DNA of 64,000 nucleotides from an uncultured Clostridia bacterium (GCA_934119935.1 CAKOSX010000002.1:44294-108293), one strand, 5' to 3'; numbered from the stretch's first letter, positions 37,858-47,842 are shown. The notes: generated from the letters alone by a model not told the origin. Made by a program: numbers and translations.

Positions 37858-40194
37858 ATGCCAAGGAAAGTAGTAAAAGGTACAACAGAAAACTTAAATA
37901 TGTTAAGAGAAAAAGTAGACTATATTGGTTTTGAACTAGGAAAGGTCCCAGAATTTTTAAAGGATTTTGAGCCACTTGAATATAGAGTACCAAAGGTTTA
38001 CGACGAAACTACATATAAAGTTTATAAGTACGTAAAAATAAAAGATATTGAAATATTAATCACACCAAAGGACAGACTAGATGATTTAGAGGAAAGGTAT
38101 AAACTTGCCAGCCCATTATTTACATATATGAAGCCAGAGGCAAACGAAAATCTTGAGAAGTATGCCTATTTTTTAAAAATGATAAATCAGACTAGGGTGT
38201 CAGATATTCAAGAAATAGAAAAGGAACAAGAAGCTTTTCAGAAAGAGATTCCATTTGATGTGAAATTTGCTAATAATTTTAAGTGGCAAATATTTTATTC
38301 TGATTATGCAGATAAATATTTTATGCTTGCTTCTACAAACGAAACAGACAATTCACAGATGTTTTATTTATTGAAAAGGAAGATTGAAGAGAATAAAAGT
38401 AAAAAGGAAAGTACTATTTTTGTGCCTATCAGTAATGAGGAATATTCTGAAGTAATATTAAAAAAATCAGAGATAGAGGATTTAGAAAATTATTTGTGGT
38501 TTTTCACTAAAAATTGGCCTTCTATATATGAAATAGAGGATGAAGATGGAAATATTCAGTTACAAATAGTTGGAGAGACTGTTATATACGACAAAATGAC
38601 AAGCCAATATAGAATTATTCTCAAAGATAAAAAGGAAGCTTCAAAATGCTATAAATTAATTAAAGCATTATTCATTTTAGCATATGATTTAAGAAAAGAT
38701 TATCAATTTCAAATAAAGATTGGTGAAAATGGTGGTCTGGATTTCTATTATAATGATGAAAAAATTGAATATGATACTCTACCAGAGTTCTTGAAGAAAG
38801 AGTCAATTTCCAAGATAAAAGAAAACGAGAGAGTTAAAACTGAGACTAAGGAAGTAAAAGCAGATATCAAAGATTTACAAAAGCAAGAAGAACAGAAGAA
38901 TCTTGAATATCTTAGAAAAGAGAAAGAGATTGTTACTTTCTTAGAGTGCAAGAAAACATTTATGGGAAGAATAAAATATTTCTTTAAGGGAAAGAAAGGT
39001 AAGAAAGACGAAGAAGTTTCGGAGCATTCTGCAAGTAAAGAAAGATTAAAGGATATTTTAAGTCAAGACAAAGAGAATATAGAACATTTTAAAGATGATG
39101 AATTAGAATCTAAGAGTTATACTGTTGAAGACATTATTAAAATTGGCAAAGAGCTTGATAATAATGTAAAAGACAACAAGAACGCAAAACTAGATCTAAA
39201 GGCTTTACAAAACAAGGTTGATAATATTGATAAAAAATTAAAGAATGCAACAGAGTTTTTAGAAGAGATAGATGAGCATAAGAAGAGTATATTCGAATTT
39301 TGGAAATATGCAAACAAAGATGAGTCAAAAATGCTTGCCGAAGGTGAAGTAGAAGAGGAAGAAACAACGAGCACAGGTCTTAGAAAAACCTTTGATTATG
39401 AAGAAGATATAGAAAATTTTGCAAGTAAGATAGATGGCCAACAAAGAGAAAAATTAACACATAAAGAACAAGACGCTCTGTTTGCATCAAATTTTGTACT
39501 AGATGGAATAAACATAGTATCAAAAGAAAAATTACTAAAAGATGATGAAAACAAGATAGCAAATTTATTACAACAATTAAAAGACGACTACAAGAAAGAT
39601 ATTGATAAAATTCAAGAAAAAGACTTTGATATTTTCGGAAATATCAGCCAAGACAAAACAAAGATAAAAACACTAAAAAATAATCAACATAGAGAAGCGG
39701 AAAAAGATAAGTACAAAGTTTTAAATGTAAATTTAAATACAGAAATGGATGTATTTATAGAAAAATTAAAAGAACTTAGACAAATTCTTATAGATGAATC
39801 TGAAAAGATAGAAGTTCCATATGATATATCTTTGTACAAGGCTAGCAACGAAAAGATTGATCCAGATGGATTTGATAAATTTAGCGTAAATCCATTCGAA
39901 ACTCTGGATAATTTAGAAAAAACTTCTACATCTAAAGAAACATATTTATATAAAATCAATGTTCCAGAAAATACAAAATTAGTATTTTATTCGAATATAA
40001 CATTCTTTGAAAATAACAACCAAACACTTCCTTTAGGAATGGACATATCTCAAGAAGGGCTTATAAACATGGATAAATACAAGCTTGAACTAAAAGGAAA
40101 AGACGAATTTAATATAAATATTTTCAAGAACGAATTCGATAATTTTGTAAAGAATGTTAAGGTTTATGAGTATGATTTAGTAAATAAAGATTAA
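37858..40194 (+). CDS. Large hypothetical protein (778 aa, highly charged, C-terminal half predicted coiled-coil)
   Basis: GGAGG RBS; no TM segments or recognisable catalytic motif; K/E/D-rich with long heptad-like regions. Confidence 0.6.
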   Translation: MPRKVVKGTTENLNMLREKVDYIGFELGKVPEFLKDFEPLEYRVPKVYDETTYKVYKYVKIKDIEILITPKDRLDDLEERYKLASPLFTYMKPEANENLEKYAYFLKMINQTRVSDIQEIEKEQEAFQKEIPFDVKFANNFKWQIFYSDYADKYFMLASTNETDNSQMFYLLKRKIEENKSKKESTIFVPISNEEYSEVILKKSEIEDLENYLWFFTKNWPSIYEIEDEDGNIQLQIVGETVIYDKMTSQYRIILKDKKEASKCYKLIKALFILAYDLRKDYQFQIKIGENGGLDFYYNDEKIEYDTLPEFLKKESISKIKENERVKTETKEVKADIKDLQKQEEQKNLEYLRKEKEIVTFLECKKTFMGRIKYFFKGKKGKKDEEVSEHSASKERLKDILSQDKENIEHFKDDELESKSYTVEDIIKIGKELDNNVKDNKNAKLDLKALQNKVDNIDKKLKNATEFLEEIDEHKKSIFEFWKYANKDESKMLAEGEVEEEETTSTGLRKTFDYEEDIENFASKIDGQQREKLTHKEQDALFASNFVLDGINIVSKEKLLKDDENKIANLLQQLKDDYKKDIDKIQEKDFDIFGNISQDKTKIKTLKNNQHREAEKDKYKVLNVNLNTEMDVFIEKLKELRQILIDESEKIEVPYDISLYKASNEKIDPDGFDKFSVNPFETLDNLEKTSTSKETYLYKINVPENTKLVFYSNITFFENNNQTLPLGMDISQEGLINMDKYKLELKGKDEFNINIFKNEFDNFVKNVKVYEYDLVNKD

Positions 40195-40263
40195 ATAGTT
40201 GAAGAATGATTACAATTTTGACGTAGCCGAAATTATGATTATTTGCCAACGGAAAGGAAAAGT

Positions 40264-41442
40264 ATGATAGATAGAGTAATCATAATGGTACTTGACGGCT
40301 TCGGTGTAGGAGAAGCTCCAGATGCAAACAAGTATGGAGATGAAGGAAGTGACACACTTGCTGGGATATACAATAATACGACTTTAAATATTCCAAACAT
40401 GGCTAAATTAGGACTATATAACATAGACGGAGTTAAGGTTGGAGAAAAACAAGAAAAGACAATCGGAGCATATGGAAAGGCACAAGAACAGGCTGATGGA
40501 AAAAATAGTCCAGTAGGGCATTGGGAGATGTCTGGTTATATTAAGCATCCAGCTTTTACAACATATCCAAATGCATTTCCTAAAAAGTTGATTGATGAAT
40601 TTATAGAGAAAACTGGTGTAAAAGGAGTTTTATGCAATGAAGTTGGCTCTGGAACAGAAATTTTAAAACGCTTCGGAGAAGAACACATAAAAACAGGATA
40701 TCCTATAATATACACATCAGCAGACAGTGTATTTCAAATAGCTGCTCATGAAGACGTAATTCCGGTTGAAAAATTATATGAGATTTGTAGAATTACAAGA
40801 AAAATTCTAGATAACCCAGAATACAATGTTGGAACTGTAATTGCAAGACCATTTGTTGGAGATAAGGCAGAAAACTTTACAAGAACGTACAATAGAAAAG
40901 ATTTTGAATCTAATACTTTTGGCAAAACAATGTTAGATGTAATGCATGAGAATGGTACAAACGTTGTAGCAATAGGAAAAATAGAAGATTTATTTAGTGG
41001 CAGAGGAATAGACAGTGCAATACACACAAACGGAAATGCTGATGGAATAGAAAAGACGATTGAAGAAATAAAGAAAGACACTAAGGGATTGGTATTTACA
41101 AACCTTGTAGATACAGACATGTTATATGGACATAGAAATAATATTGAAGGATATGCAAGAGCACTAGAATATTTTGATTCAAAATTACTAGAGATAATGA
41201 GCAACATGAAAGAAAATGATATGCTTATTATAACAGGGGACCATGGAAATGACCCAAGCACTCCAAGCACAGACCATTCTAGAGAATATACTCCAATATT
41301 GGTATATGGAAAGAATATAAAAGAAAATGTGAATCTGGGAATAAGAAGCACATTTGCAGATATTTCCGCAACAATATTAGATATGTTAAGATTACCCAAG
41401 CTTGAAAATGGTATAAGCTTTAGAAAAGAAATAGAAAAATAA
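40264..41442 (+). CDS. deoB: Phosphopentomutase
   Basis: MIDRVIIMVLDGFGVGEAPDA... alkaline-phosphatase-like metalloenzyme signature; TGDHGNDP. Confidence 0.88.
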   Translation: MIDRVIIMVLDGFGVGEAPDANKYGDEGSDTLAGIYNNTTLNIPNMAKLGLYNIDGVKVGEKQEKTIGAYGKAQEQADGKNSPVGHWEMSGYIKHPAFTTYPNAFPKKLIDEFIEKTGVKGVLCNEVGSGTEILKRFGEEHIKTGYPIIYTSADSVFQIAAHEDVIPVEKLYEICRITRKILDNPEYNVGTVIARPFVGDKAENFTRTYNRKDFESNTFGKTMLDVMHENGTNVVAIGKIEDLFSGRGIDSAIHTNGNADGIEKTIEEIKKDTKGLVFTNLVDTDMLYGHRNNIEGYARALEYFDSKLLEIMSNMKENDMLIITGDHGNDPSTPSTDHSREYTPILVYGKNIKENVNLGIRSTFADISATILDMLRLPKLENGISFRKEIEK

Positions 41443-41492
41443 TAAAAAGCTGATATATGTTACTAAAACAATATATCAGCTTTTTTATGAAT

Positions 41493-42344
41493 TTATTTTA
41501 TATCTTCTTTTACAACTCCTGGTTGTTCCAACAATTCTGGCTTCTTTAAATATTTAGACAATTGCTTAAAAGAAGTTGCATAATAATAGCCATCGCAAAT
41601 TCTTTCATCACCAACAAAGGCTATGGTAATACATTTTTCTTCGTGCATTTCATCATCATCATAAATATAACTTTTCTTCTTTTTACCCATAGCAAAAAAT
41701 AAGCTGGTAGTACCAAAATTGTATAAATGATGATAAATGCTATCAATTCCCAAAGAGCCAACATTAGTTAAAAATACGCTAGTATGAAATGGACTCGCTG
41801 AAAGGATTGCCTTTGGCACTGCACCATGCTTGTCTAAAAATTTGATAAATTTAAAAGCAGCTCTAATAAATCCATTTGGAACAATACTAAAGGTTTTTGC
41901 TAATGCATCTGTATTATTAGATGTACTGTAATCTTTGTTTTGTTCTATTGCTTTGTCTAATTTTTCTTTTATTTCGAAAATGTTTTCAGTTCCTGTAAAA
42001 GGCAATTTTATTGTTGTTTCTTGTCCTTCATCAGCAAAGCTTTTCTTTATTGCTAAAGAAACAAATATTTGATTTCTAGCATATAGGCTACCATTCATTG
42101 CAAACCTATTTAAATAAGGCCTTTCGGCAATTATTCTTACTATAGCTGCATAAATTATATTCATGTAAGAAAGCTTAATTCCTTCTTTAGCCTTTCTATC
42201 AATATATTCGTCTAATTCCTTTAATTTAATATCTTGCTTAAAATAAACTTGTGCATCGTCTCTTTCCAACATTACACAAGGTATAACTCTAAAAAACGGT
42301 GGAACAGTTTTTAATTTCCTGCCGTCACTTCTGTGTCCAAACAT
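41493..42344 (-). CDS. 2-oxoacid dehydrogenase acyltransferase (E2 catalytic domain / CAT-like) family protein, catalytic His replaced
   Basis: CAT-like fold; motif AFVGDERICDGYYYATSF aligns to the E2 DHRxxDG motif with His replaced by Glu. Confidence 0.5.
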   Translation of the reverse strand: MFGHRSDGRKLKTVPPFFRVIPCVMLERDDAQVYFKQDIKLKELDEYIDRKAKEGIKLSYMNIIYAAIVRIIAERPYLNRFAMNGSLYARNQIFVSLAIKKSFADEGQETTIKLPFTGTENIFEIKEKLDKAIEQNKDYSTSNNTDALAKTFSIVPNGFIRAAFKFIKFLDKHGAVPKAILSASPFHTSVFLTNVGSLGIDSIYHHLYNFGTTSLFFAMGKKKKSYIYDDDEMHEEKCITIAFVGDERICDGYYYATSFKQLSKYLKKPELLEQPGVVKEDIK

Positions 42345-42499
42345 TATATTTCTCCCCTTTATCTTATATATCCATTTTACGCTGAATGACGAAAAATGTC
42401 AAATAATATTGAATTAAAAATTTGATAATTGAAAATTGACAAATGGGGAGGAATGGTTTATTGTAGTATTAGTTTGAACTTAAAATGGAGGAATATAAA

Positions 42500-43384
42500 A
42501 TGTTAGAGGAACTAAGACAATGTGAAGTTTGTCCTTTTAGATGTAAAGTAAATAGATTGGAAGGAAAAATAGGAAAATGTGGTTGTAATGATAAGATAAA
42601 AATTGCGTTAGCATCATTACATTATTATGAAGAGCCATGTATAAGTGGAAAGAATGGTTCAGGAACAGTGTTCTTTTCAAACTGTAATTTGAATTGTTTA
42701 TTCTGCCAGAATTATAAAATAAGTCAAGAAGGAAAAGGTAGAGAAATTACTATAGAAGAATTAGCAAATATCTTTCTAGAGCAACAAAAAAATGGAGCAA
42801 ACAATATTAATTTAGTAACTCCTACAATGTATGCATATCAAATAATAGAGGCTCTAAAAATTGCAAAGGGCAATGGTCTTAATATTCCAATAATATATAA
42901 CACGAATGGTTATGAAAATGTGGAAACAATAAGGGCATTAAAAGGCTATATAGATGTTTATTTGCCAGATTTAAAATATTATTCAGATGAAATTGCTATA
43001 AAATATTCGAAGGCACCAAATTATTTTAGTGTAGCTACAAATGCAATTTTAGAAATGATTAATCAGGTAGGAAATCCTGAATTTGATGAAAATGGAATGA
43101 TAAAAAGAGGAGTAATAATAAGACACTTAGTACTTCCAGGGCACATTCAAAATTCAAAACACATATTAAAATGGCTAAAGGAAAACGTAAATTCCAAAGC
43201 ATATGTTAGTGTAATGGCACAGTATTTTCCAACGTATAAGGCTAAAGAAGATAAATATTTAAACAGAAAATTAACAAACAAAGAATACTCAGAAATAGAG
43301 CAATATTTGTATTTGCTAGATATAGAGAATGGATATATGCAAGACCTTGGAAAACATGAGGAAGAATATGTTCCTGATTTTTAG
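42500..43384 (+). CDS. Radical SAM protein (PflA/PflX-like activase family)
   Basis: N-terminal Cys cluster CEVCPFRC...CGC and canonical CNLNCLFCQNY (CxxxCxxC); GGAGGAA RBS precedes the ATG at 42500. Confidence 0.65.
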   Translation: MLEELRQCEVCPFRCKVNRLEGKIGKCGCNDKIKIALASLHYYEEPCISGKNGSGTVFFSNCNLNCLFCQNYKISQEGKGREITIEELANIFLEQQKNGANNINLVTPTMYAYQIIEALKIAKGNGLNIPIIYNTNGYENVETIRALKGYIDVYLPDLKYYSDEIAIKYSKAPNYFSVATNAILEMINQVGNPEFDENGMIKRGVIIRHLVLPGHIQNSKHILKWLKENVNSKAYVSVMAQYFPTYKAKEDKYLNRKLTNKEYSEIEQYLYLLDIENGYMQDLGKHEEEYVPDF

Positions 43385-43472
43385 CTTATAAAAATCATTT
43401 ATTTTGGTTGAAAATAATCATTTTATGCAATATAATATCAGTTATATTAAAATATTAGAAAGAGGCAGAAAA

Positions 43473-44198
43473 ATGGCAATATATACATGCAAGGAAAGAA
43501 TAGATTTAGAAGATGTTGGCTATTCAAATAAAATAACTAATAAGGCAATATTAAAAATATTAGAAAATGCAGGAGCTAGGCAATCAGAGACTGTACATTT
43601 TGGATTGAATGATATGGAAAATGTAGGTTTTAGTTGGATTCTACTAGGCTGGAAAGTACAAGTTCTAAAAAGACCTATATATAATGAAGAATTGACTGTA
43701 AAAACCTGGGGAAGAGATGCTAATAGAATTTTTACGTATAGAGATTACGAAATATATGATGAAAACAACGAATTATGCACAATTGCTACAAGCAAATGGG
43801 CTATTGTAGATATAAAAACAGGAAAGTTAAGAGAATTAACATCAGACATTATAGGAAAATATCAGTGCGAGACGAAGAAGGTTTTTGAACAAGATTATAC
43901 ACTAAAATTAAAAGAACCAGAAACAGTAATTAATAAACAAATTCATAAGGCACAAAGAAGGGACATAGATATTAATAAGCATATTCACAATTTATGCTAT
44001 TTGGATTATGCATATGAGGCTTTACCTGAAGAAATATATGAACAGAAGGAATGCAATAACATAGAAATTATGTACAAAAAGCAAATAAAATTAGGTGATG
44101 AGTTTGAGTGCATGTATACAATGGAAAATAATGAGAATATTATTACTCTGAAATCTGCAGATGAAAACATATTGCATGCAATTGTAAAATTATATTAG
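43473..44198 (+). CDS. Acyl-ACP thioesterase (hotdog fold)
   Basis: DVGYSNKITNKAILKIL...FGLNDMENVGFSWILLGWKV matches the acyl-ACP thioesterase N-terminal hotdog; AAAGAGG RBS. Confidence 0.6.
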   Translation: MAIYTCKERIDLEDVGYSNKITNKAILKILENAGARQSETVHFGLNDMENVGFSWILLGWKVQVLKRPIYNEELTVKTWGRDANRIFTYRDYEIYDENNELCTIATSKWAIVDIKTGKLRELTSDIIGKYQCETKKVFEQDYTLKLKEPETVINKQIHKAQRRDIDINKHIHNLCYLDYAYEALPEEIYEQKECNNIEIMYKKQIKLGDEFECMYTMENNENIITLKSADENILHAIVKLY

Positions 44199-44214
44199 AG
44201 TGTGAGGAAACAAT

Positions 44215-45357
44215 ATGAAGACAAAAGATGAAAAGCTGTACATAGTCATAAATGTTATTTTGATGTTAATAATACTAGTTTTAGGAATATTTATATATGT
44301 TGTTATTAGGTCAAATAGAAAAGAAATAATAACAGGATATGAACAAAGCATTAATATGATAATTTCAAGTATGCATGTAGAAAAAATGAATATGGCAACA
44401 TCAGGCATAGTAATTGATAATGCAAGCCTGGTAATTCCGATAGAAGATGACGTAGATAATTTTACAGAATATAAATTTGCAGAGACAAGGAACAACAAGT
44501 ATTATTACAATCAATTGAATGACAATGCAAAAATAATTTATGATGACATAGAAGCCAATTTAGTAAATATGACATCTGGTAAGTACGAAATAAAATTATC
44601 GAATAATATTGCAAATATATTATTTGATGTAGATGGAGAAAACCAACTTGATAAGAATTTTCAATCTGCATGGGATGCAATAATGCAAGACCGAACAGAT
44701 ACATTTTTTATTGATGTTACTAAAATAAATTTAAAGATTAGAAAAACAACATATGGGAATAATGTTTCATATTCTTTATCAATTGTTCCAAAAGATGACA
44801 ATGGATATTTAGAGCAAGGCTTGATGAATAAAGATATGGTAAATGCGACACTTAATAAAGTGAAGAATGTAAGGGATGCTATTGCTACAAATTTGCATGG
44901 AAGTGACTATGATAAAATAATGATGGCACACGATTGGATTATTGATAATCTGGAGTATAGCCAAGAAATTGAGAATAATAATGTGTACAATTTGTATGGA
45001 GCATTAATAGATAGAAAAGCAGTATGCGAGGGGTATGCAGAGGCATTTAAGTACATCATGGATGCAATAGAAATTCCTTGTATACTTGTTAGCGGAACTG
45101 CAACAAATTCTGAAGGAACAACAGAAAATCATGAATGGAATTATGTGCAATTAGATAAAAAATGGTATGCTGTTGATACGACATGGGATGATCCAATTGT
45201 AAGGGGAACAGGAAAATTAACGAATTCGGTTAAACATAAATATTTTTTAGTTGGTTCAAAATTATTAGAAGAAAATCATTTTGCTAATGGAAAAATTACA
45301 ACAACAGGTCAGGAATTTATATATCCAAAATTACAAGAAGAAAATTATAAAAAATAA
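44215..45357 (+). CDS. Transglutaminase-like domain membrane protein
   Basis: N-terminal TM helix; C-terminal Cys-His-Asp core (KAVCEGYAEAF...NHEWNYV...DTTWDDP). Confidence 0.6.
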   Translation: MKTKDEKLYIVINVILMLIILVLGIFIYVVIRSNRKEIITGYEQSINMIISSMHVEKMNMATSGIVIDNASLVIPIEDDVDNFTEYKFAETRNNKYYYNQLNDNAKIIYDDIEANLVNMTSGKYEIKLSNNIANILFDVDGENQLDKNFQSAWDAIMQDRTDTFFIDVTKINLKIRKTTYGNNVSYSLSIVPKDDNGYLEQGLMNKDMVNATLNKVKNVRDAIATNLHGSDYDKIMMAHDWIIDNLEYSQEIENNNVYNLYGALIDRKAVCEGYAEAFKYIMDAIEIPCILVSGTATNSEGTTENHEWNYVQLDKKWYAVDTTWDDPIVRGTGKLTNSVKHKYFLVGSKLLEENHFANGKITTTGQEFIYPKLQEENYKK

Positions 45358-45392
45358 AGAGTAATTTAAATTACCCTTTATTTTTTTATAAA

Positions 45393-46781
45393 TTATTTTC
45401 CTATTATTTTTGGTCCAATATTAGTTACTGTTCCAGCACCAATAGTAAGAACTATATCATTTGGCATAACTCTATCTCTAATATATTTAGCAATTTCATC
45501 AAAATCTGACATATATAAAGCTTTTTTACCTACACGATTGATATTAATCTGATCAACTAAATTTTGAGATGAAATTCCCAAAGTATCAGATTCTCTTGCC
45601 GCATATATATCTGTAACAATAATATTATCAAATCCAGAAAGAGCTTGTGCAAAATCAGTTAATAAATTTTTTGTTCTGCTATAAGTATGAGGTTGGAAAA
45701 CAACCCAAGATCTATTGAATTTTTTCTTTTTCATTGCGTCATATACAGCTTTAATTTCTGTTGGATGATGTCCGTAATCATCATAAACATTAGCACCATT
45801 TGTACTTCCAACGAATTCGAATCTTCTGTGAGCTCCAGTATATTTTAGCAATCCTTCTTTAATGTCTTCTTTGTCTATTCCGTATTCATAGCATGTTGCG
45901 ATACAAGCTAAAGCATTGTAAACATTATGCATTCCAGGGACAGAAAGCTTAATACTCTTGAAAAATGTGTTATTTCTGTACACATCAAAAAGAGGAAAAC
46001 CATTATTGTCAAAAGTGATATTTCTTGCAATAAAGTTAGATTTCTCATTTTGAATTCCAAAAGTAACTATTTTTGCATTGGTATTTTTATATAAATCTGC
46101 AGAATTTGCATCATCAGCATTCAAAATCAATAAACCATCTTTAGGTAGTAATTTTACGAATTTTACGAATGCACTCTTTACATGGTCTAAGTCTTTAAAA
46201 TAATCTAGATGATCGTTATCAATATTTAATATAATTTCTGTTCTTGGATGAAATTTCAAGAAACTCTCTACATATTCGCAAGATTCTAATATAAAATATT
46301 CACTATTACCAACTCTATAATTTCCATCTATTTGCTTTAGAATAGCACCTACCTGTATTGTTGGATCCTTATGAGCCTCCATAAAACAAACTGAAATCAT
46401 AGAAGTTGTTGTTGTCTTGCCATGTGTTCCAGAAATACTAATTGTATCCCTATAAGCTTTTGTTATTATTCCAAGAAATGTTGATCTTTCCATTGTTTCG
46501 ATGTTTAATCTTCTAGCCTCTTGCAATTCTATATCGTCATGAGAAATTGCAGCACTGTAAACAACTAAATTTGCATTTCTTAAATTGTCTAGGTCATGGC
46601 CTATTACAACTGAAATGCCATTATCTCTTAATTTCTCAACTAATTCAGATTCATTTGCATCAGAGCCTGTAACATAAAAGCCCCACTTCTTTAGAATAGT
46701 GGCAATACCGCTCATGCTCGTTCCACCAATTCCAATCATATGTATATGTTTATATTGTTTTAATTCTTCTAAGTTAATCAA
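45393..46781 (-). CDS. murC: UDP-N-acetylmuramate--L-alanine ligase
   Basis: HIHMIGIGGTSMSGIA Mur ligase N-terminal motif; central and C-terminal Mur ligase domains; TTG start 8 nt after the AAGGAG RBS. Confidence 0.88.
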   Translation of the reverse strand: MINLEELKQYKHIHMIGIGGTSMSGIATILKKWGFYVTGSDANESELVEKLRDNGISVVIGHDLDNLRNANLVVYSAAISHDDIELQEARRLNIETMERSTFLGIITKAYRDTISISGTHGKTTTTSMISVCFMEAHKDPTIQVGAILKQIDGNYRVGNSEYFILESCEYVESFLKFHPRTEIILNIDNDHLDYFKDLDHVKSAFVKFVKLLPKDGLLILNADDANSADLYKNTNAKIVTFGIQNEKSNFIARNITFDNNGFPLFDVYRNNTFFKSIKLSVPGMHNVYNALACIATCYEYGIDKEDIKEGLLKYTGAHRRFEFVGSTNGANVYDDYGHHPTEIKAVYDAMKKKKFNRSWVVFQPHTYSRTKNLLTDFAQALSGFDNIIVTDIYAARESDTLGISSQNLVDQININRVGKKALYMSDFDEIAKYIRDRVMPNDIVLTIGAGTVTNIGPKIIGK

Positions 46782-47042
46782 TCTAAGCACTCCTTTACAC
46801 AGTTTAAATTATTACCAATATATTATATACTTAAAACCAAACTTTTTCAACAGATTTTACAAAACAAACAGCCATAAAAAGAACTTAATATAATATATTA
46901 TAATGTAAAAAATATATTCATAATAAAAAATGATAAATTTTTTAAAAAAATAGAAGGAAAAAAATATAAAATGGAGAATAATATAAATGTACATACTAAT
47001 AATTGTACAAAATAATAAAAAACATTGGAAGGCGGTGCTCTT

Positions 47043-47351
47043 ATGGAAATTACAGAAGTACGTATTAAAAAAGTTAATTCAGGAAATAGAGTGAAAGCAG
47101 TTGCTCAAATAACATTTGATAATGAATTTGTTGTTCATGAAATCAAAGTTAAAGAAAAATCAGATGGAGAACTATTCATAGCTATGCCTAGCAGACAAAA
47201 AAATGAAAGACGTTATGATATAGCTCATCCTATTAATCAAGATGTTAGAGATAGAATAACAAAAGCTGTATTAGATAAATATGATGAGATTAAAGATTTA
47301 GAACCAGCTGAACCTAAAACAGAAACAGAATCAGAAAGTGATGCTGAATAG
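47043..47351 (+). CDS. spoVG: Septation protein SpoVG
   Basis: MEITEVRIKKVNSGNRVKAVAQITFDNEFVVHEIKV...IAHPIN is highly similar to the SpoVG consensus. Confidence 0.85.
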   Translation: MEITEVRIKKVNSGNRVKAVAQITFDNEFVVHEIKVKEKSDGELFIAMPSRQKNERRYDIAHPINQDVRDRITKAVLDKYDEIKDLEPAEPKTETESESDAE

Positions 47352-47354
47352 AAA

Positions 47355-47380
47355 ATACCCTTTATGGGTATTTTTTTTTT
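47355..47380 (+). terminator. Rho-independent terminator after spoVG
   Basis: ATACCC-ttta-TGGGTAT followed by a T10 run. Confidence 0.6.
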
Positions 47381-47391
47381 ACAAAAGTACT

Positions 47392-47424
47392 CCCCCGAGC
47401 CTTATAGATAGACTCGGGGGAGTA
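47392..47424. terminator. Perfect 10-bp GC-rich hairpin (terminator of the minus-strand small ORF)
   Basis: CTCCCCCGAG-ccttatagataga-CTCGGGGGAG, immediately downstream (minus strand) of the ORF stop at 47431. Confidence 0.5.
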
Positions 47425-47430
47425 AGGAGT

Positions 47431-47646
47431 TTAGTAGCAGCTTATTGTGGCCTTTTGACCAAACATCTCCGCCACATCCCTTATGGGGTTACCCGCATAT
47501 TCGGTGCTGTCTCGCACCACAATGTAGGTGCATCCACTCGGAGTGGACTCGGCTCTGAAGTCGTAGCCTTGCAGCAATCCCTTCTTCTGGGAATATTCTT
47601 TTGTTGCCACGCAAAGCAACCCTTTTCTAGTGATTTTACCAATCAT
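47431..47646 (-). CDS. Small hypothetical protein (71 aa), GC-rich foreign-looking ORF
   Basis: ORF MIGKITRKGLLCVATKEYSQKKGLLQGYDFRAESTPSGCTYIVVRDSTEYAGNPIRDVAEMFGQKATISCY; own promoter and AAGGAG RBS on the minus strand; GC about 50%; no recognisable family. Confidence 0.4.
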   Translation of the reverse strand: MIGKITRKGLLCVATKEYSQKKGLLQGYDFRAESTPSGCTYIVVRDSTEYAGNPIRDVAEMFGQKATISCY

Positions 47647-47684
47647 TTTTTTGACAACTCCTTTTTTATATTGGTGTAAAATTA

Positions 47685-47713
47685 ATTATAGCACAAAAAT
47701 GATGAAAATACAA
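47685..47713 (-). promoter_or_regulatory. Promoter (minus strand TTGTAT-17-TATAAT) for the 71-aa ORF
   Basis: Read on the minus strand: TTGTAT tttcatcatttttgtgc TATAAT, about 35 nt upstream of the RBS. Confidence 0.4.
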
Positions 47714-47842
47714 TAAATTCCAATAAAAAAGTAAAAAAAAGCCAATTGCAAAGCTTGTCGTAATTTGTATTATAAAATTCCTTGAAAAAATGTTGAATAA
47801 GTGCTATAATTAAAGAATGCCAATGAGAAAGGTGGGAGAACT

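Noticed and set aside
47380-47650. GC-rich patch as SRP RNA, tmRNA or RNase P RNA
   Set aside because: None of the conserved motifs (SRP GGAAGCAGC region, tmRNA T-arm/tag, RNase P AGGAAAGTCCGGGCTCC) are present on either strand. A minus-strand ORF with promoter and RBS explains the patch better. Rfam scanning is still advised.
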